NCBI GenBank assembly: GCA_965552115.1
Contig: CBEVQU010000002.1
Coordinates: 1-36,917 of the forward strand
Direction of reading: 5' to 3'
Length of the DNA stretch: 36,917 nucleotides
Source: an uncultured bacterium
GTDB taxonomy: Bacteria; Patescibacteriota; Minisyncoccia; Minisyncoccales; CAZLLZ01
The notes under the pieces were generated by a model. The model ran no database searches. It saw only the letters and a list, made by a program, of their open reading frames with translations, and had not been told where the DNA came from. A program made the translations under genes and the position numbers. Positions 16,264-25,723 of the stretch are shown in pieces. Every line of letters starts with the position of its first letter. The stretch's first letter is position 1.

Positions 16264-19176
16264 ATGAGACATGTAAGCTTCTTAGAAGCAAAAACTGTTC
16301 AGGATCCGATTTTGAAATACGCAACTGAAATTGGTTGGGAGTTTTTGAATAACGAAAAAGAACTTGATTTGCGAGATGGAGAAACGGGAATTTTATTTGA
16401 AAAGATAATTAAAGGAAAAATTTTAAGATTCAATCCTAATATAGACGAAGATGTGGCTGATGAGATAATCAAAGAACTTAGAGAGAGAACAAGATTTGAC
16501 ATTTTAGGTAATAAAAAAATTTTGAATTTTTTGAGAGGAGAAACTCCTTTTTATAGCAAGCAAGAAAGAAGAGAGATTAATATAAAGTTGATTGATTTTG
16601 AAAATGTCGAAAATAATACTTTTCAAGTAGTAAAAGAGTTGAGTTTTACAAATGGTAAAGCATGGAATAGATACGATTTAGCATTTTACATCAATGGTAT
16701 TCCGATTTTAATTTGCGAAACAAAAAGCCCAGAAAAAGAAGAAGGAATCGAAGAGGCAATATCTCAAATAGAAAGATATCATAGAGAGACGCCCGAATTT
16801 TTAGTTTTCCCTTCAATTTATGTGGTTTCTGATCTTTTAAATTTTAAGTACGGTCCCACATGGAACATAGAAGAAAGGAGTCTTTATAATTGGAAAGGTG
16901 AAAGCTTAGAAAATATAGTAAAAAGCTTTTTTGATAAAAAGAGAATTTTATCATTATTGAAAGATTATATTGTATTTTGGGAGAAAGGAGGGGAATTAAA
17001 AAAGTTTATTTTAGCTTTTCATCAAATAAGGGCTGTTGAAAAAATCGTAAAACGAGTTTTAGAAGGCAAGAAAAAAGAAGGATTAATCTGGCATACTCAG
17101 GGAAGTGGAAAGACTTTAACAATGATTGTTGCTGCTCATAAACTGAGGAAAATTCCACAACTTCAAAATCCTACTTTAATAATGGTTGTTGATAGAAACG
17201 AACTCGAAGAGCAACTTAAAACTAATTTGGAAAACTACGGTTTTGAATCTGTAGAGGTTGCTCAATCAAAAAAACATCTTAGAAAACTTTTAGAATCAGA
17301 TTATCGGGGATTAATTTTAACTTTAATTCATAAATTCGATAAATTACCCAAAAATATAAATCAAAGAAACAATATTATTGTTTTTGTAGATGAAGCTCAT
17401 CGTTCTCAAGAGGGAGAACTTGGGGTTTATATGAGGGCAGCTTTGCCTAATGCTTTTTACTTTGGTTTCACTGGTACACCTATTGATAAGACAAACGTCG
17501 GAAAAGGTACTTTCTTGATGTTTGGCAAAAATGATTTACCCAAGGGATATCTCGATAAATATTCAATTTTAAACTCCTTAGAAGACGGAACTACTGTTCC
17601 TATTCATTATACTTTGGCTCCAAACGAAATTAGAGTTCCCACTGAGCTTTTGGAAAAAGAGTTTTTCAAGATGGTTGAGAAAATGGGAATAGTAAGCGTA
17701 GAACAGCTTGATAAGAAAATTTTAGATAAAGCAGTGAAATTGAAGAATCTTTTGAAAAGCCCAGATAGAATCGAAAAAGTAGTAAAATTTATAGCAAAAC
17801 ACTTTCAAGAAAACGTTGAACCCTTGGGTCTTAAAGCATTAATTGTGGGAGTAGATAGAGAGGCTTGCGCATTGATTAAAAAAGAATTAGACAAACATTT
17901 GCCTCAAGATTATTCTTATCCTATCTATACTAGAAACTATCAAGATCCAGAACTCATAAAAAAATTCTATCTTAGTGAAAGAGAAGAGCAAGAAATTAAA
18001 AAGAGATTTTTAAAGGCCGAAGAACTTCCTAAAATTTTAATTGTTACAAGTAAACTTTTGACTGGTTTTGATGCCTCTATTTTATATGTGATGTATCTTG
18101 ATAAACCCATGTCAGATCATACACTGTTACAAGCAGTGGCTAGAGTAAATAGACCCTTTAAAGGAAATCAAAATGTAAATCCTAAGTCAGCTGGATTGAT
18201 CGTTGATTTTATTGGGATCTTTAAAAAATTAAAGAAAGCTTTAAGATTTGATTCTATGGAAATTGAGGGCGTACTGATTGATTTTGAAGAAGTAAAAAAA
18301 GAATTTAAAAGCCAAATGAGAGAAGGGCAAAAATATTTAGCTCTTGCAGGACCTAAACTTGATGACAAAGCGGTAGAAAGAATAATCGAGTACTTTATTG
18401 ATAAGAAAAAAAGAAAAAAATTCTTTGATTTCTTTAAGTCTCTTCAGAAAAACTTTGAGCTTTTATCACCAGATCCATTTTTGAGAGATTATTTAGATGA
18501 TTATCTGATTCTTTCTGGGATTTTTAAAATCATCAAGAAACATTTTATTAGTGAAAAAACAAAATTAAAAAGAGAACTTTTCAATAAAACAGTTAAGCTT
18601 ATTAAGAAATACGCAGAAACCAAAGGTTTAGAAAAAACCTTACCAATTTATCCTATAAATGAACAAGTTTTAAAAGTGCTTCATGAAGATAGTTCTCCAG
18701 AGACAGTCAAAATTATAAAAATTCATCGTTCCATTTGTATTTTAATAGAAGAGAGTGGAACAACAGAGCCCTTTCTTTTTTCCTTAAAGGAGAAATTGGA
18801 GAAGATTTTAGAAGAGTTTGAAAGAAGACAGATCGATACTAAAGAGGCTTTAACTAGATTAGAAAATCTGCTTAAAGAAATCAATAAAGCACGGAAAGAG
18901 AAAGAAAAAACAGGGCTTTCTTCTCATCAATTTGGGATATATTGGGTAATGAAGGATTTAATTCCAGAGGAGAAGAAAGTTAAAAGGATAGCCATAGAGA
19001 TTAATAATTTATTCGAAAAGTATCACAATTGGCAATTTAATCCTTATCAATCGCGTAAATTAAAAATTGATTCTTTAAACCTTCTGCTTTCGCTTGACAT
19101 GAGAAATGTTGATTTAATGAGAGAGAAATTGAACTTAATATTAGAAATGAAAAAACATTGCCTCACGAACAAGTAA
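16264..19176 (+). CDS. hsdR: Type I restriction endonuclease subunit R
   Basis: YDLAFYINGIP..CETK nuclease motif, WHTQGSGKT, DEAHRSQ, GFTGTP, LLTGFDA, QAVARVNR. Confidence 0.96.
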   Translation: MRHVSFLEAKTVQDPILKYATEIGWEFLNNEKELDLRDGETGILFEKIIKGKILRFNPNIDEDVADEIIKELRERTRFDILGNKKILNFLRGETPFYSKQERREINIKLIDFENVENNTFQVVKELSFTNGKAWNRYDLAFYINGIPILICETKSPEKEEGIEEAISQIERYHRETPEFLVFPSIYVVSDLLNFKYGPTWNIEERSLYNWKGESLENIVKSFFDKKRILSLLKDYIVFWEKGGELKKFILAFHQIRAVEKIVKRVLEGKKKEGLIWHTQGSGKTLTMIVAAHKLRKIPQLQNPTLIMVVDRNELEEQLKTNLENYGFESVEVAQSKKHLRKLLESDYRGLILTLIHKFDKLPKNINQRNNIIVFVDEAHRSQEGELGVYMRAALPNAFYFGFTGTPIDKTNVGKGTFLMFGKNDLPKGYLDKYSILNSLEDGTTVPIHYTLAPNEIRVPTELLEKEFFKMVEKMGIVSVEQLDKKILDKAVKLKNLLKSPDRIEKVVKFIAKHFQENVEPLGLKALIVGVDREACALIKKELDKHLPQDYSYPIYTRNYQDPELIKKFYLSEREEQEIKKRFLKAEELPKILIVTSKLLTGFDASILYVMYLDKPMSDHTLLQAVARVNRPFKGNQNVNPKSAGLIVDFIGIFKKLKKALRFDSMEIEGVLIDFEEVKKEFKSQMREGQKYLALAGPKLDDKAVERIIEYFIDKKKRKKFFDFFKSLQKNFELLSPDPFLRDYLDDYLILSGIFKIIKKHFISEKTKLKRELFNKTVKLIKKYAETKGLEKTLPIYPINEQVLKVLHEDSSPETVKIIKIHRSICILIEESGTTEPFLFSLKEKLEKILEEFERRQIDTKEALTRLENLLKEINKARKEKEKTGLSSHQFGIYWVMKDLIPEEKKVKRIAIEINNLFEKYHNWQFNPYQSRKLKIDSLNLLLSLDMRNVDLMREKLNLILEMKKHCLTNK

Positions 19177-19344
19177 AAAATGTACAATAATTTAGTTTTA
19201 AATATAAGAGAAGGATGAAAAGTTCTTCTGGTGACAAATTATAGTTAGTTTTTCTAATTTATGTGTGAGAAAAAAAATTAAATAAAAAATTTAAAAAGTT
19301 GCTATAAAAAGCTAAAATAAAGAAAAATTTAAAAATGGATATTT

Positions 19345-19776
19345 ATGAAAAATAAAAAAGTTGGTGTAGGGATTGGAGTAATGCTTTTAAAAGAAGGAAA
19401 GGTGCTTTTAGGTAAAAGAAATATTGATCCTGTAAAAGCTGATAGCGAATTGCATGGCGAAGGAACGTGGACAATACCAGGGGCAAGGTTCATTTTGGCG
19501 AGACATTAAAGGAAGCGGCTGCGCGAGAAGTTTTTTGAAGAAACTGGAATTAAGGTGAGAGATTTAAAATTAATTAGTGTTTCTGATGAGATTTTAGAAG
19601 ATGTTCATTTTATAACAATTGGATTTTTATGTGAGGATTTTGAGGGAGAGCCTGAAGTAATGGAACCTGACGAAATTACTGAATGGAAATGGTTTAATTT
19701 AGATAAATTACCTTCCCCTATGTATTTTCCAAGCGAAAAAATCATAAAAAACTATTTAGTTCAAAAAATTTATTAA
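19345..19776 (+). pseudogene. NUDIX hydrolase with two compensating frameshifts
   Basis: MKNKKVGVGIGVMLL...GEGTWTIPG / GKVHFGETLKEAAAREVF / EETGIKVRDLK; the Nudix box is split between frames at a G run (~19480) and a T run (~19531); in-frame TAA at 19507-19509. Confidence 0.85.
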
Positions 19777-19890
19777 AATAGAAGTAGTGATTTATGTTTA
19801 ACTTCGATGTTAAACAGTAGTGAAATCAAAAGGGCAAGAAATTAATTGAGGAAAAACACTCAATTTTAGATAAAACATTGAAAAGAAATT

Positions 19891-19986
19891 ATGATAACTA
19901 TCAAATCAAATAAGTTTATTTTAAGACCATTTAAAAGAGGAGATGAAAGTTCATTGAAAGAGAATATAATTGCTAAAGTTAGATAA
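19891..19986 (+). pseudogene. Remnant of RimJ/RimL-type GNAT acetyltransferase (large internal deletion)
   Basis: MITIKSNKFILRPFKRGDESSLKENI resembles the LxLRPxxxxD N-terminus of RimJ/RimL GNATs and ends after 31 aa (IAKVR*). Confidence 0.5.
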
Positions 19987-20061
19987 GAATATATGCTAAA
20001 ATTTGGCTAAAAAGGTCGGAGATTAATTTTTTAAAAAATTTTATTAGAGGTTATAAAAACT

Positions 20062-20283
20062 ATGAATAACAACGATTTAAAAAATTTAAGGGAAGACTTG
20101 ATAGGAGAACTTCAGGCAATTAATCAATATCAAAAACATATAGATGAGACCGATAATGAGAAAATAAAGAAAGTGTTAAGCCATATTAGAGATGATGAAA
20201 AAGAACATTTTGCTGAGTTGGTGAAACTTATTCAAGAACTTGATCCAACTCAAAAAGAGAAATTTCAAAAAGAGGGACTTTAA
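20062..20283 (+). CDS. Small ferritin-like/rubrerythrin-type di-iron protein
   Basis: GELQAINQYQKH...HIRDDEKEHFAEL (ExxH). Confidence 0.85.
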   Translation: MNNNDLKNLREDLIGELQAINQYQKHIDETDNEKIKKVLSHIRDDEKEHFAELVKLIQELDPTQKEKFQKEGL

Positions 20284-20299
20284 ACAATCATAAACTTTA

Positions 20300-20518
20300 A
20301 TGTTAATAAAAGTTAAAGTTTTTCCAAACTCTAAAAAAGAGGAGATAATTAAAAAATCTGAAGATAGTTTTGAGGTGAAAGTTAAAGAAAAGCCAGAAAA
20401 AGGCAAGGCCAATAGTGAAGTAGTGGGAATTCTTAGTTCTTATTTTAAAATTCCTGAATCAAAAATAAGATTGGTAAAAGGTTTTAAAAAAAGAAACAAA
20501 ATTTTTGAGATAAAATAA
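20300..20518 (+). CDS. DUF167 (YggU) family protein
   Basis: VKVFPNSK, KPEKGKAN, IRLVKGFKKRNK. Confidence 0.9.
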   Translation: MLIKVKVFPNSKKEEIIKKSEDSFEVKVKEKPEKGKANSEVVGILSSYFKIPESKIRLVKGFKKRNKIFEIK

Positions 20519-20553
20519 TTAGTCAATTTTAGATAAGGATTTAAATTAGAATT

Positions 20554-21243
20554 ATGGATAACAGCAATCAAATAATATATCTTTCACCTTCAAAGCTTAA
20601 TCTTTTTCAAGAATGCCCGCTTTGTTTTTGGCTGCATATGGTAAAGGGATTCCACAGACCAGAGGGACCAAGCTCAAGCTTGCCAAGAGGAATGGATAAT
20701 TTGATTAAAGAATATTTTGACCGCTACAGGAAGATTGGAGAAATGCCCCCTGAAATTAAAGGAAAAGTGCAAGGAAAACTTTTACAGGACCAAAATCTTT
20801 TGAATGAATGGCGGAAAACTACAAAAACAAGCTCGCCAAAATTTTTTGACAAAGAATTAAATGCTTGTTTATTTGGTGGTTTGGATGAATGCTTTGTAGA
20901 TGGAGATTATTTTATTCCGGTAGATTATAAGACTCGAGGATTTGACTTGAAAGAAGATTCTCTTTCTTATTATCAAACCCAACTTGATTGTTATACCCTT
21001 TTGTTAGAAGCAGAAGGATACAAGCATTTATCCTTTGGCTATTTGATTTATTACATTCCTACTAAGGTAGAAGAAAAAGGAAAAGTTCAATTTAAAGTCG
21101 AAGCTCATAAAATAGAAACAAATCCAAAAAGAGGTTATGATGTTTTTCGGAAGGCAGTAGAATGTCTTCGCGGTCCGCGACCTGTTTCTCATAGTCAATG
21201 TCAATTTTGTTCTTGGGGCAATGATTTTATAAATTTTGAGTAA
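20554..21243 (+). CDS. PD-(D/E)XK nuclease (RecB/Cas4-like solo)
   Basis: LSPSKLNLFQECPLCFW, GGLDE, VDYKT, QLDCY, C-terminal CQFC. Confidence 0.85.
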   Translation: MDNSNQIIYLSPSKLNLFQECPLCFWLHMVKGFHRPEGPSSSLPRGMDNLIKEYFDRYRKIGEMPPEIKGKVQGKLLQDQNLLNEWRKTTKTSSPKFFDKELNACLFGGLDECFVDGDYFIPVDYKTRGFDLKEDSLSYYQTQLDCYTLLLEAEGYKHLSFGYLIYYIPTKVEEKGKVQFKVEAHKIETNPKRGYDVFRKAVECLRGPRPVSHSQCQFCSWGNDFINFE

Positions 21244-21282
21244 TTTAATTATGTTTAACTTATAATAGTAGTAAAATTAATT

Positions 21283-21399
21283 ATGAAAAATAAAAAAATA
21301 ACTTGTAAGAGAGGATTGAGGAAAAATGTGATAAAGAAAGAGGTTTTTGAAAGAGAAATTGCTCTTTGTAAGATGTTGTCTAAAAAGAATAAAAATTAA
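21283..21399 (+). pseudogene. Short ORF, probable truncated gene remnant
   Basis: MKNKKITCKRGLRKNVIKKEVFEREIALCKMLSKKNKN* (38 aa), protein-like but ends in an A-rich tract. Confidence 0.35.
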
Positions 21400-21419
21400 A
21401 AATTCTAAGATTAAAATAA

Positions 21420-22634
21420 ATGAAAAAAAATTTTACTTTAATTCAAACAATCTTTGCTGTGATAATTTTTATTTTACTTTCTGGAGTAGTATATCTTTGG
21501 GTTAACAATACATTGAAATTTGGTGAGATTTCAAAAAGAAATGTTCCTCAAACTCAAGAAGAATCTAAAGTTGAAGAAGAAAAATTTGAAGAAAAAGAAC
21601 AAAAAGAGAAAGTAGAAACAAAAGAAGAAAGCGTTTCATTACCACAAGAATCTCCTTCTTCAACACCTCCTCCAGCATCTTCTTCTACTTCTCCTTCACC
21701 GCCACCAGAGGAACAGCCTACTTTACCTGAAACAGGATCTCATCAAAGATTAGATATTTCTTTTTTTAAAGGTGTTTGGGCTCAACCTGGTGGGGAAGAG
21801 AGAGCATTGAAAAACGATATTGAAAAAATGAAAAAAGACGGAGTAAATATTTTTGCCTTCTCTGTTTTATATCATACTAATCATGACGGTACAGTAGAGA
21901 TTATCTCTCCTAATTATAAGTGGAACTCTGATCCAGAGGGAGGATATATAAACTTAATAAGAATGGCCCATAATGCCAGATTGGGAGTTTATTTAAATAT
22001 AGATTTTGATCACTGGTGGGAAGATCAAAAATTTTTAAGTGTTTCTGAAAAGGTAAAAAATAAATTTTTAGAAAGTGCAAAAAAAGCTTCTCTCTACTGG
22101 GCTGAAATTGGAGAAAGAGAACAAGTAGAAATGTTTTCGCCAATGAATGAGCCAACAAATATTTTGGGTAAAAAAGAGGGAATAAAATGGATGGAAGATA
22201 TTTTACCAGATATCAAAAAGAAATTTAAAGGTAAAACAAATGTTGCTCTTTTCGGAGCCGAAGTCGGTGACCTCTCTTCTTATGGAAGCATTGCCGGATA
22301 CGATTATGTCTCAGTTAATGTTTATACTATAGACACTTCTAATAAGGAATTTTTAGATTATATAAAGTATGACGTCGTCCCTTATATGGAAAATCTTGTT
22401 AAAAAATATAATCTCAAGGGATACTTGTTTGGTGAGATGGGAGTTCCCGCTAGCAATGAAAAGCAAGATAAAGTATTTCAAGAATTTTTTGAAATAACTT
22501 GGAATAATACCAGTGGTTATTTTCTTTCTGGTTGGGGACCAAAAATTATGTTAGATGATCCTTTTCCAGATATGCAATTTACAGGATATGATGCAGAAAA
22601 TGTAATAAAAAATTGGTATAATTTGGCAAAATAA
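21420..22634 (+). CDS. Membrane-anchored clan GH-A glycoside hydrolase (GH113/GH5-like) with Glu- and Pro/Ser-rich stalk
   Basis: N-terminal TM, linker SPSSTPPPASSSTSPSPPP, acid/base NEP, nucleophile FGEMG. Confidence 0.75.
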   Translation: MKKNFTLIQTIFAVIIFILLSGVVYLWVNNTLKFGEISKRNVPQTQEESKVEEEKFEEKEQKEKVETKEESVSLPQESPSSTPPPASSSTSPSPPPEEQPTLPETGSHQRLDISFFKGVWAQPGGEERALKNDIEKMKKDGVNIFAFSVLYHTNHDGTVEIISPNYKWNSDPEGGYINLIRMAHNARLGVYLNIDFDHWWEDQKFLSVSEKVKNKFLESAKKASLYWAEIGEREQVEMFSPMNEPTNILGKKEGIKWMEDILPDIKKKFKGKTNVALFGAEVGDLSSYGSIAGYDYVSVNVYTIDTSNKEFLDYIKYDVVPYMENLVKKYNLKGYLFGEMGVPASNEKQDKVFQEFFEITWNNTSGYFLSGWGPKIMLDDPFPDMQFTGYDAENVIKNWYNLAK

Positions 22635-22686
22635 AAAAATAAAAAAGATTTTTGACTTTTCGCTTTCAAAATTTTATATTTAATTA

Positions 22687-23985
22687 ATGGCAAAGAAAAA
22701 GGAAAAACCTAAAGAAGAGAAGAAAATTTTATTGAAACAAAAACCAAATAAAATAAAAAAGATTGGAATAAAGATAATTGGAATAGGGGGTGGAGGATGT
22801 TCAATAATAGGAGAGATATCAAAAAGGATTAACAAAGTTTCTTTTGTAGCAGTAAATACTGATTTACAAGCTCTAAAAGGATTGCCAAAAAATATCAAAA
22901 GATTTTCTTTTGGGGAAGAAGTGACAGGAGGTTTAGGAACTGGAATGAATGTAAAGTTAGCTGAAAGTTTAGCTGAAAAAGAAAAAGAGAAAATAAAGAA
23001 TTTATATAAAAATCAAGATATTTGTATTTTTATTTCTACTTTAGGTGGAGGGACAGGTTCTGGAGCTGGCCCTGTTTTTATTAAAGAGGCAGAAAGTTTT
23101 CCTTGTGTGAAATTAGGGATCTTTACTTTACCTTTTAAATTCGAAGGTAAAAAGAGGCTTCAAATAGCAAAAGAGGCCTTAAAGAAAATTACCCCTCTTT
23201 TAAATGCTTCTTTAATAATTCCAAATGACAGAATTTTTCAATTAGTAAATAAAAATATCTCTCTAAGGAAAGCTTTAATCGCTTTAGATAAAATATTAGC
23301 TGAAAATTTAAAGGAAATAATTGATCTTATTTTAAATCCCGGAATTATAAACATAGATTTTGCAGATTTTAAGACTATTTTAGAAGAAAAAGGAAATCTC
23401 TTCTTTCTCAATACTCTAAAGACATCTGGAGCAAATAGGGTAGAGAAAATAATAAATAATATCTTTCATTCTCCTCTTTCTGATTTTAATTTCGGAAAGA
23501 TAGAGGGAATTTTGTTTAATTTAGCAGGGAGTGGAGAGTTAAAAGTGGAAGAGGTAAATAAAATTAGCAAGACAATTTCCAGCTTAAACAAAGGAGCTAA
23601 AATTATTTTTGGAATTTCAAAAGACAAAAACTTAAAAGAAGAGAGAAAAGGAGATAAAATAAAGCTGACTTTATTTGTAGTAGGAAAAGAAAAAGAAGAG
23701 AAAGGAAAACAAAAAAAGAAAGCAAAAATTAAAAAAGAAAAAAAAGAAAAAAAGGTTAAAAAATCAAAAAAGAAAAAAAAGAGAAAAGAAGTTAAAAAAG
23801 AAGCTTTGAAAGAGAAGAAATCTTTAGAGATAAAAAATCAAAAAAAGAGAAAGACAGCTTTAGAAATAAAGAAAGCTCTTGAAGAAGAAGAAAAGAAACT
23901 TTTAGAAAAAGAAAAAGAATGGGAAATACCCACTTTTATTAGAAAGGGATTTAAAAAGAAAATAAAAATAGTTCAAAAAAAATAA
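22687..23985 (+). CDS. ftsZ: Divergent FtsZ-family GTPase with Lys-rich linker
   Basis: IGIGGGG, VNTDLQAL, LGGGTGSGAGP, PFKFEG, GIINIDFADF, C-terminal WEIPTFIRK. Confidence 0.88.
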   Translation: MAKKKEKPKEEKKILLKQKPNKIKKIGIKIIGIGGGGCSIIGEISKRINKVSFVAVNTDLQALKGLPKNIKRFSFGEEVTGGLGTGMNVKLAESLAEKEKEKIKNLYKNQDICIFISTLGGGTGSGAGPVFIKEAESFPCVKLGIFTLPFKFEGKKRLQIAKEALKKITPLLNASLIIPNDRIFQLVNKNISLRKALIALDKILAENLKEIIDLILNPGIINIDFADFKTILEEKGNLFFLNTLKTSGANRVEKIINNIFHSPLSDFNFGKIEGILFNLAGSGELKVEEVNKISKTISSLNKGAKIIFGISKDKNLKEERKGDKIKLTLFVVGKEKEEKGKQKKKAKIKKEKKEKKVKKSKKKKKRKEVKKEALKEKKSLEIKNQKKRKTALEIKKALEEEEKKLLEKEKEWEIPTFIRKGFKKKIKIVQKK

Positions 23986-24861
23986 ATGGAAAAAATCAAA
24001 AAAGCAGTCTTTCCTATAGCAGGTTTGGGGACTAGATTTTTACCTCTTTCGAAAGTGGTAGGAAAGGAATTTTTCCCTTTAGTAGATAAGCCAATGATTC
24101 AATATTTAATTGAAGAAGCTTTAAATTCTGGAATTGAGAAAATTATTTTTGTTTTAAGACCTGGAAAAAAAGAAGTAGTAGATTATTTCAGAAAAGATGG
24201 AAAATTAGAAAAGAAATTAAAAGAAACGCAAAGAAATCATCTTTTAAAAGAAATTAGAAAACTTCAAGAAATTTCAAAAAAGCTTTCTTTTTCTTTTGTC
24301 TATCAAAAGGAACCCCGAGGAGATGGACACGCTATCTTACAAGCTAAAAAATATGTGAAAGATGAACCCTTTGCTGTCTTTTTTGGGGACGATATCATTT
24401 ACTCAAAAACCCCTTGTCTTTTACAGCTTTATAATGTTTTTAAGACTGCCCAGAGGGAAACAATAGCTTTAAAGAGGGTAGCAAAACAAGTTATTCCTCA
24501 ATATGGAATAGTGAAAGTTGAGAAAATAGCTAATTCTTTTTTTAAGATAAAAGATATTGTAGAGAAACCTTCTTTAGAGAAAGCTCCATCTGATTTAGCT
24601 ATTGTAGGAAGATATATTTTAACTCCAGAAATTTTCCCTTATTTAGAAAGACTTAAACCTAACAAGAAAAAAGAAATAATTTTAGCTAATGCTTTAAAAG
24701 AGATGGTTAGAGATGGTAAAATAGTTTATGGATATGAGATAGAAGGGAAATGGCTTGAATGTGGGGATATTTTAAGATGGTTGAAATCTAACATTTATCT
24801 TTCTTTACATCATCCAGAATTTGCTCCCGAAATTAAGAAATTTTTAAAAGAAAATGAATAA
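23986..24861 (+). CDS. galU: UTP-glucose-1-phosphate uridylyltransferase
   Basis: KAVFPIAGLGTRFLP, QKEPRGDGHAI, FGDD, VEKP, VGRYIL. Confidence 0.9.
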   Translation: MEKIKKAVFPIAGLGTRFLPLSKVVGKEFFPLVDKPMIQYLIEEALNSGIEKIIFVLRPGKKEVVDYFRKDGKLEKKLKETQRNHLLKEIRKLQEISKKLSFSFVYQKEPRGDGHAILQAKKYVKDEPFAVFFGDDIIYSKTPCLLQLYNVFKTAQRETIALKRVAKQVIPQYGIVKVEKIANSFFKIKDIVEKPSLEKAPSDLAIVGRYILTPEIFPYLERLKPNKKKEIILANALKEMVRDGKIVYGYEIEGKWLECGDILRWLKSNIYLSLHHPEFAPEIKKFLKENE

Positions 24862-25723
24862 AATTACAAAAGAAATTTTAAAAGAAGTTTATAAAGAAAG
24901 GCCAGCTGAATGCCATAAATATGATTATGGATTGCTATTGATAATTGGAGGCTCTCAATTTTATTCAGGTTCTCCTGCTTTATCTGCTCTCTCTGCTTTC
25001 AAATCAGGAGTTGATATGGTATATGTGATTTCTCCTCGAAGGTCAGCAGATATTATTGCCTCTTTTTCTCCAGCTATTGCCGCTTTCCCCTTAGAAGGGG
25101 AATATTTAACTAAAAAACATCTTTCTACTCTTTTTTCGTTAGTGGAAGGAGCAAAAGAAGTTTCTCATGGAAAGACAGCTGTTGTTTTAGGTGGAGGAAT
25201 GGGGAGAAGTTCTGAAACTTTAGATGCTATTTTAGAATTTTTAGAAAAATTAGATGTTCCTGCTGTGATAGACGCAGATGCAATTCATGCTATATCTAAA
25301 AAACCTGAGATAATTTCAGGAAAACCTTTTGTTTTAACTCCTCATAAATATGAATTTTTTATCTTGACTGGAAAAGAAGTAAGAAAAAAATCAGATGAAG
25401 AGAGAATAGAGATTGTCCAAAAAGAAGCAGAAAAACTGAATACAATTTTAGTTTTAAAAGGAAAAACAGATATTATCTCAAATGGTAAAGAGGTTGCTTT
25501 AAATGAAGTAGGAAGCCCTTTCCTCTCTAAAGGAGGGACAGGTGATACGTTAGCGGGCATTTGTGGAGCTCTCCTAGCTAGGGGAGTAGATCCCTTTTTA
25601 GCTGCACAAGCTGCTACTTTTATAAATGGAAAAGCAGGAGAGTTAGCTGGTGAGAAATTAAGAGAAAGTCTGATAGCAACTGATTTAATAAATGAAATTC
25701 CAAACGTTTTGAAAGATTTATGA
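24854..25723 (+). CDS. nnrD: ADP-dependent NAD(P)H-hydrate dehydratase
   Basis: HKYDYG..IIGGS, VIDADA, LTPHKYEF, VLKG, GGTGDTLAG. Confidence 0.9.
   Translation: MNKITKEILKEVYKERPAECHKYDYGLLLIIGGSQFYSGSPALSALSAFKSGVDMVYVISPRRSADIIASFSPAIAAFPLEGEYLTKKHLSTLFSLVEGAKEVSHGKTAVVLGGGMGRSSETLDAILEFLEKLDVPAVIDADAIHAISKKPEIISGKPFVLTPHKYEFFILTGKEVRKKSDEERIEIVQKEAEKLNTILVLKGKTDIISNGKEVALNEVGSPFLSKGGTGDTLAGICGALLARGVDPFLAAQAATFINGKAGELAGEKLRESLIATDLINEIPNVLKDL

Noticed and set aside
19796-19815. Integron attC site (GTTTAAC...GTTAAAC)
   Set aside because: The core boxes are only 6 nt apart, far too short for attC, and no integrase is present
20554-21243. Cas4 / CRISPR system
   Set aside because: No repeat-spacer array or other cas genes; lacks the full C-terminal three-Cys Cas4 pattern
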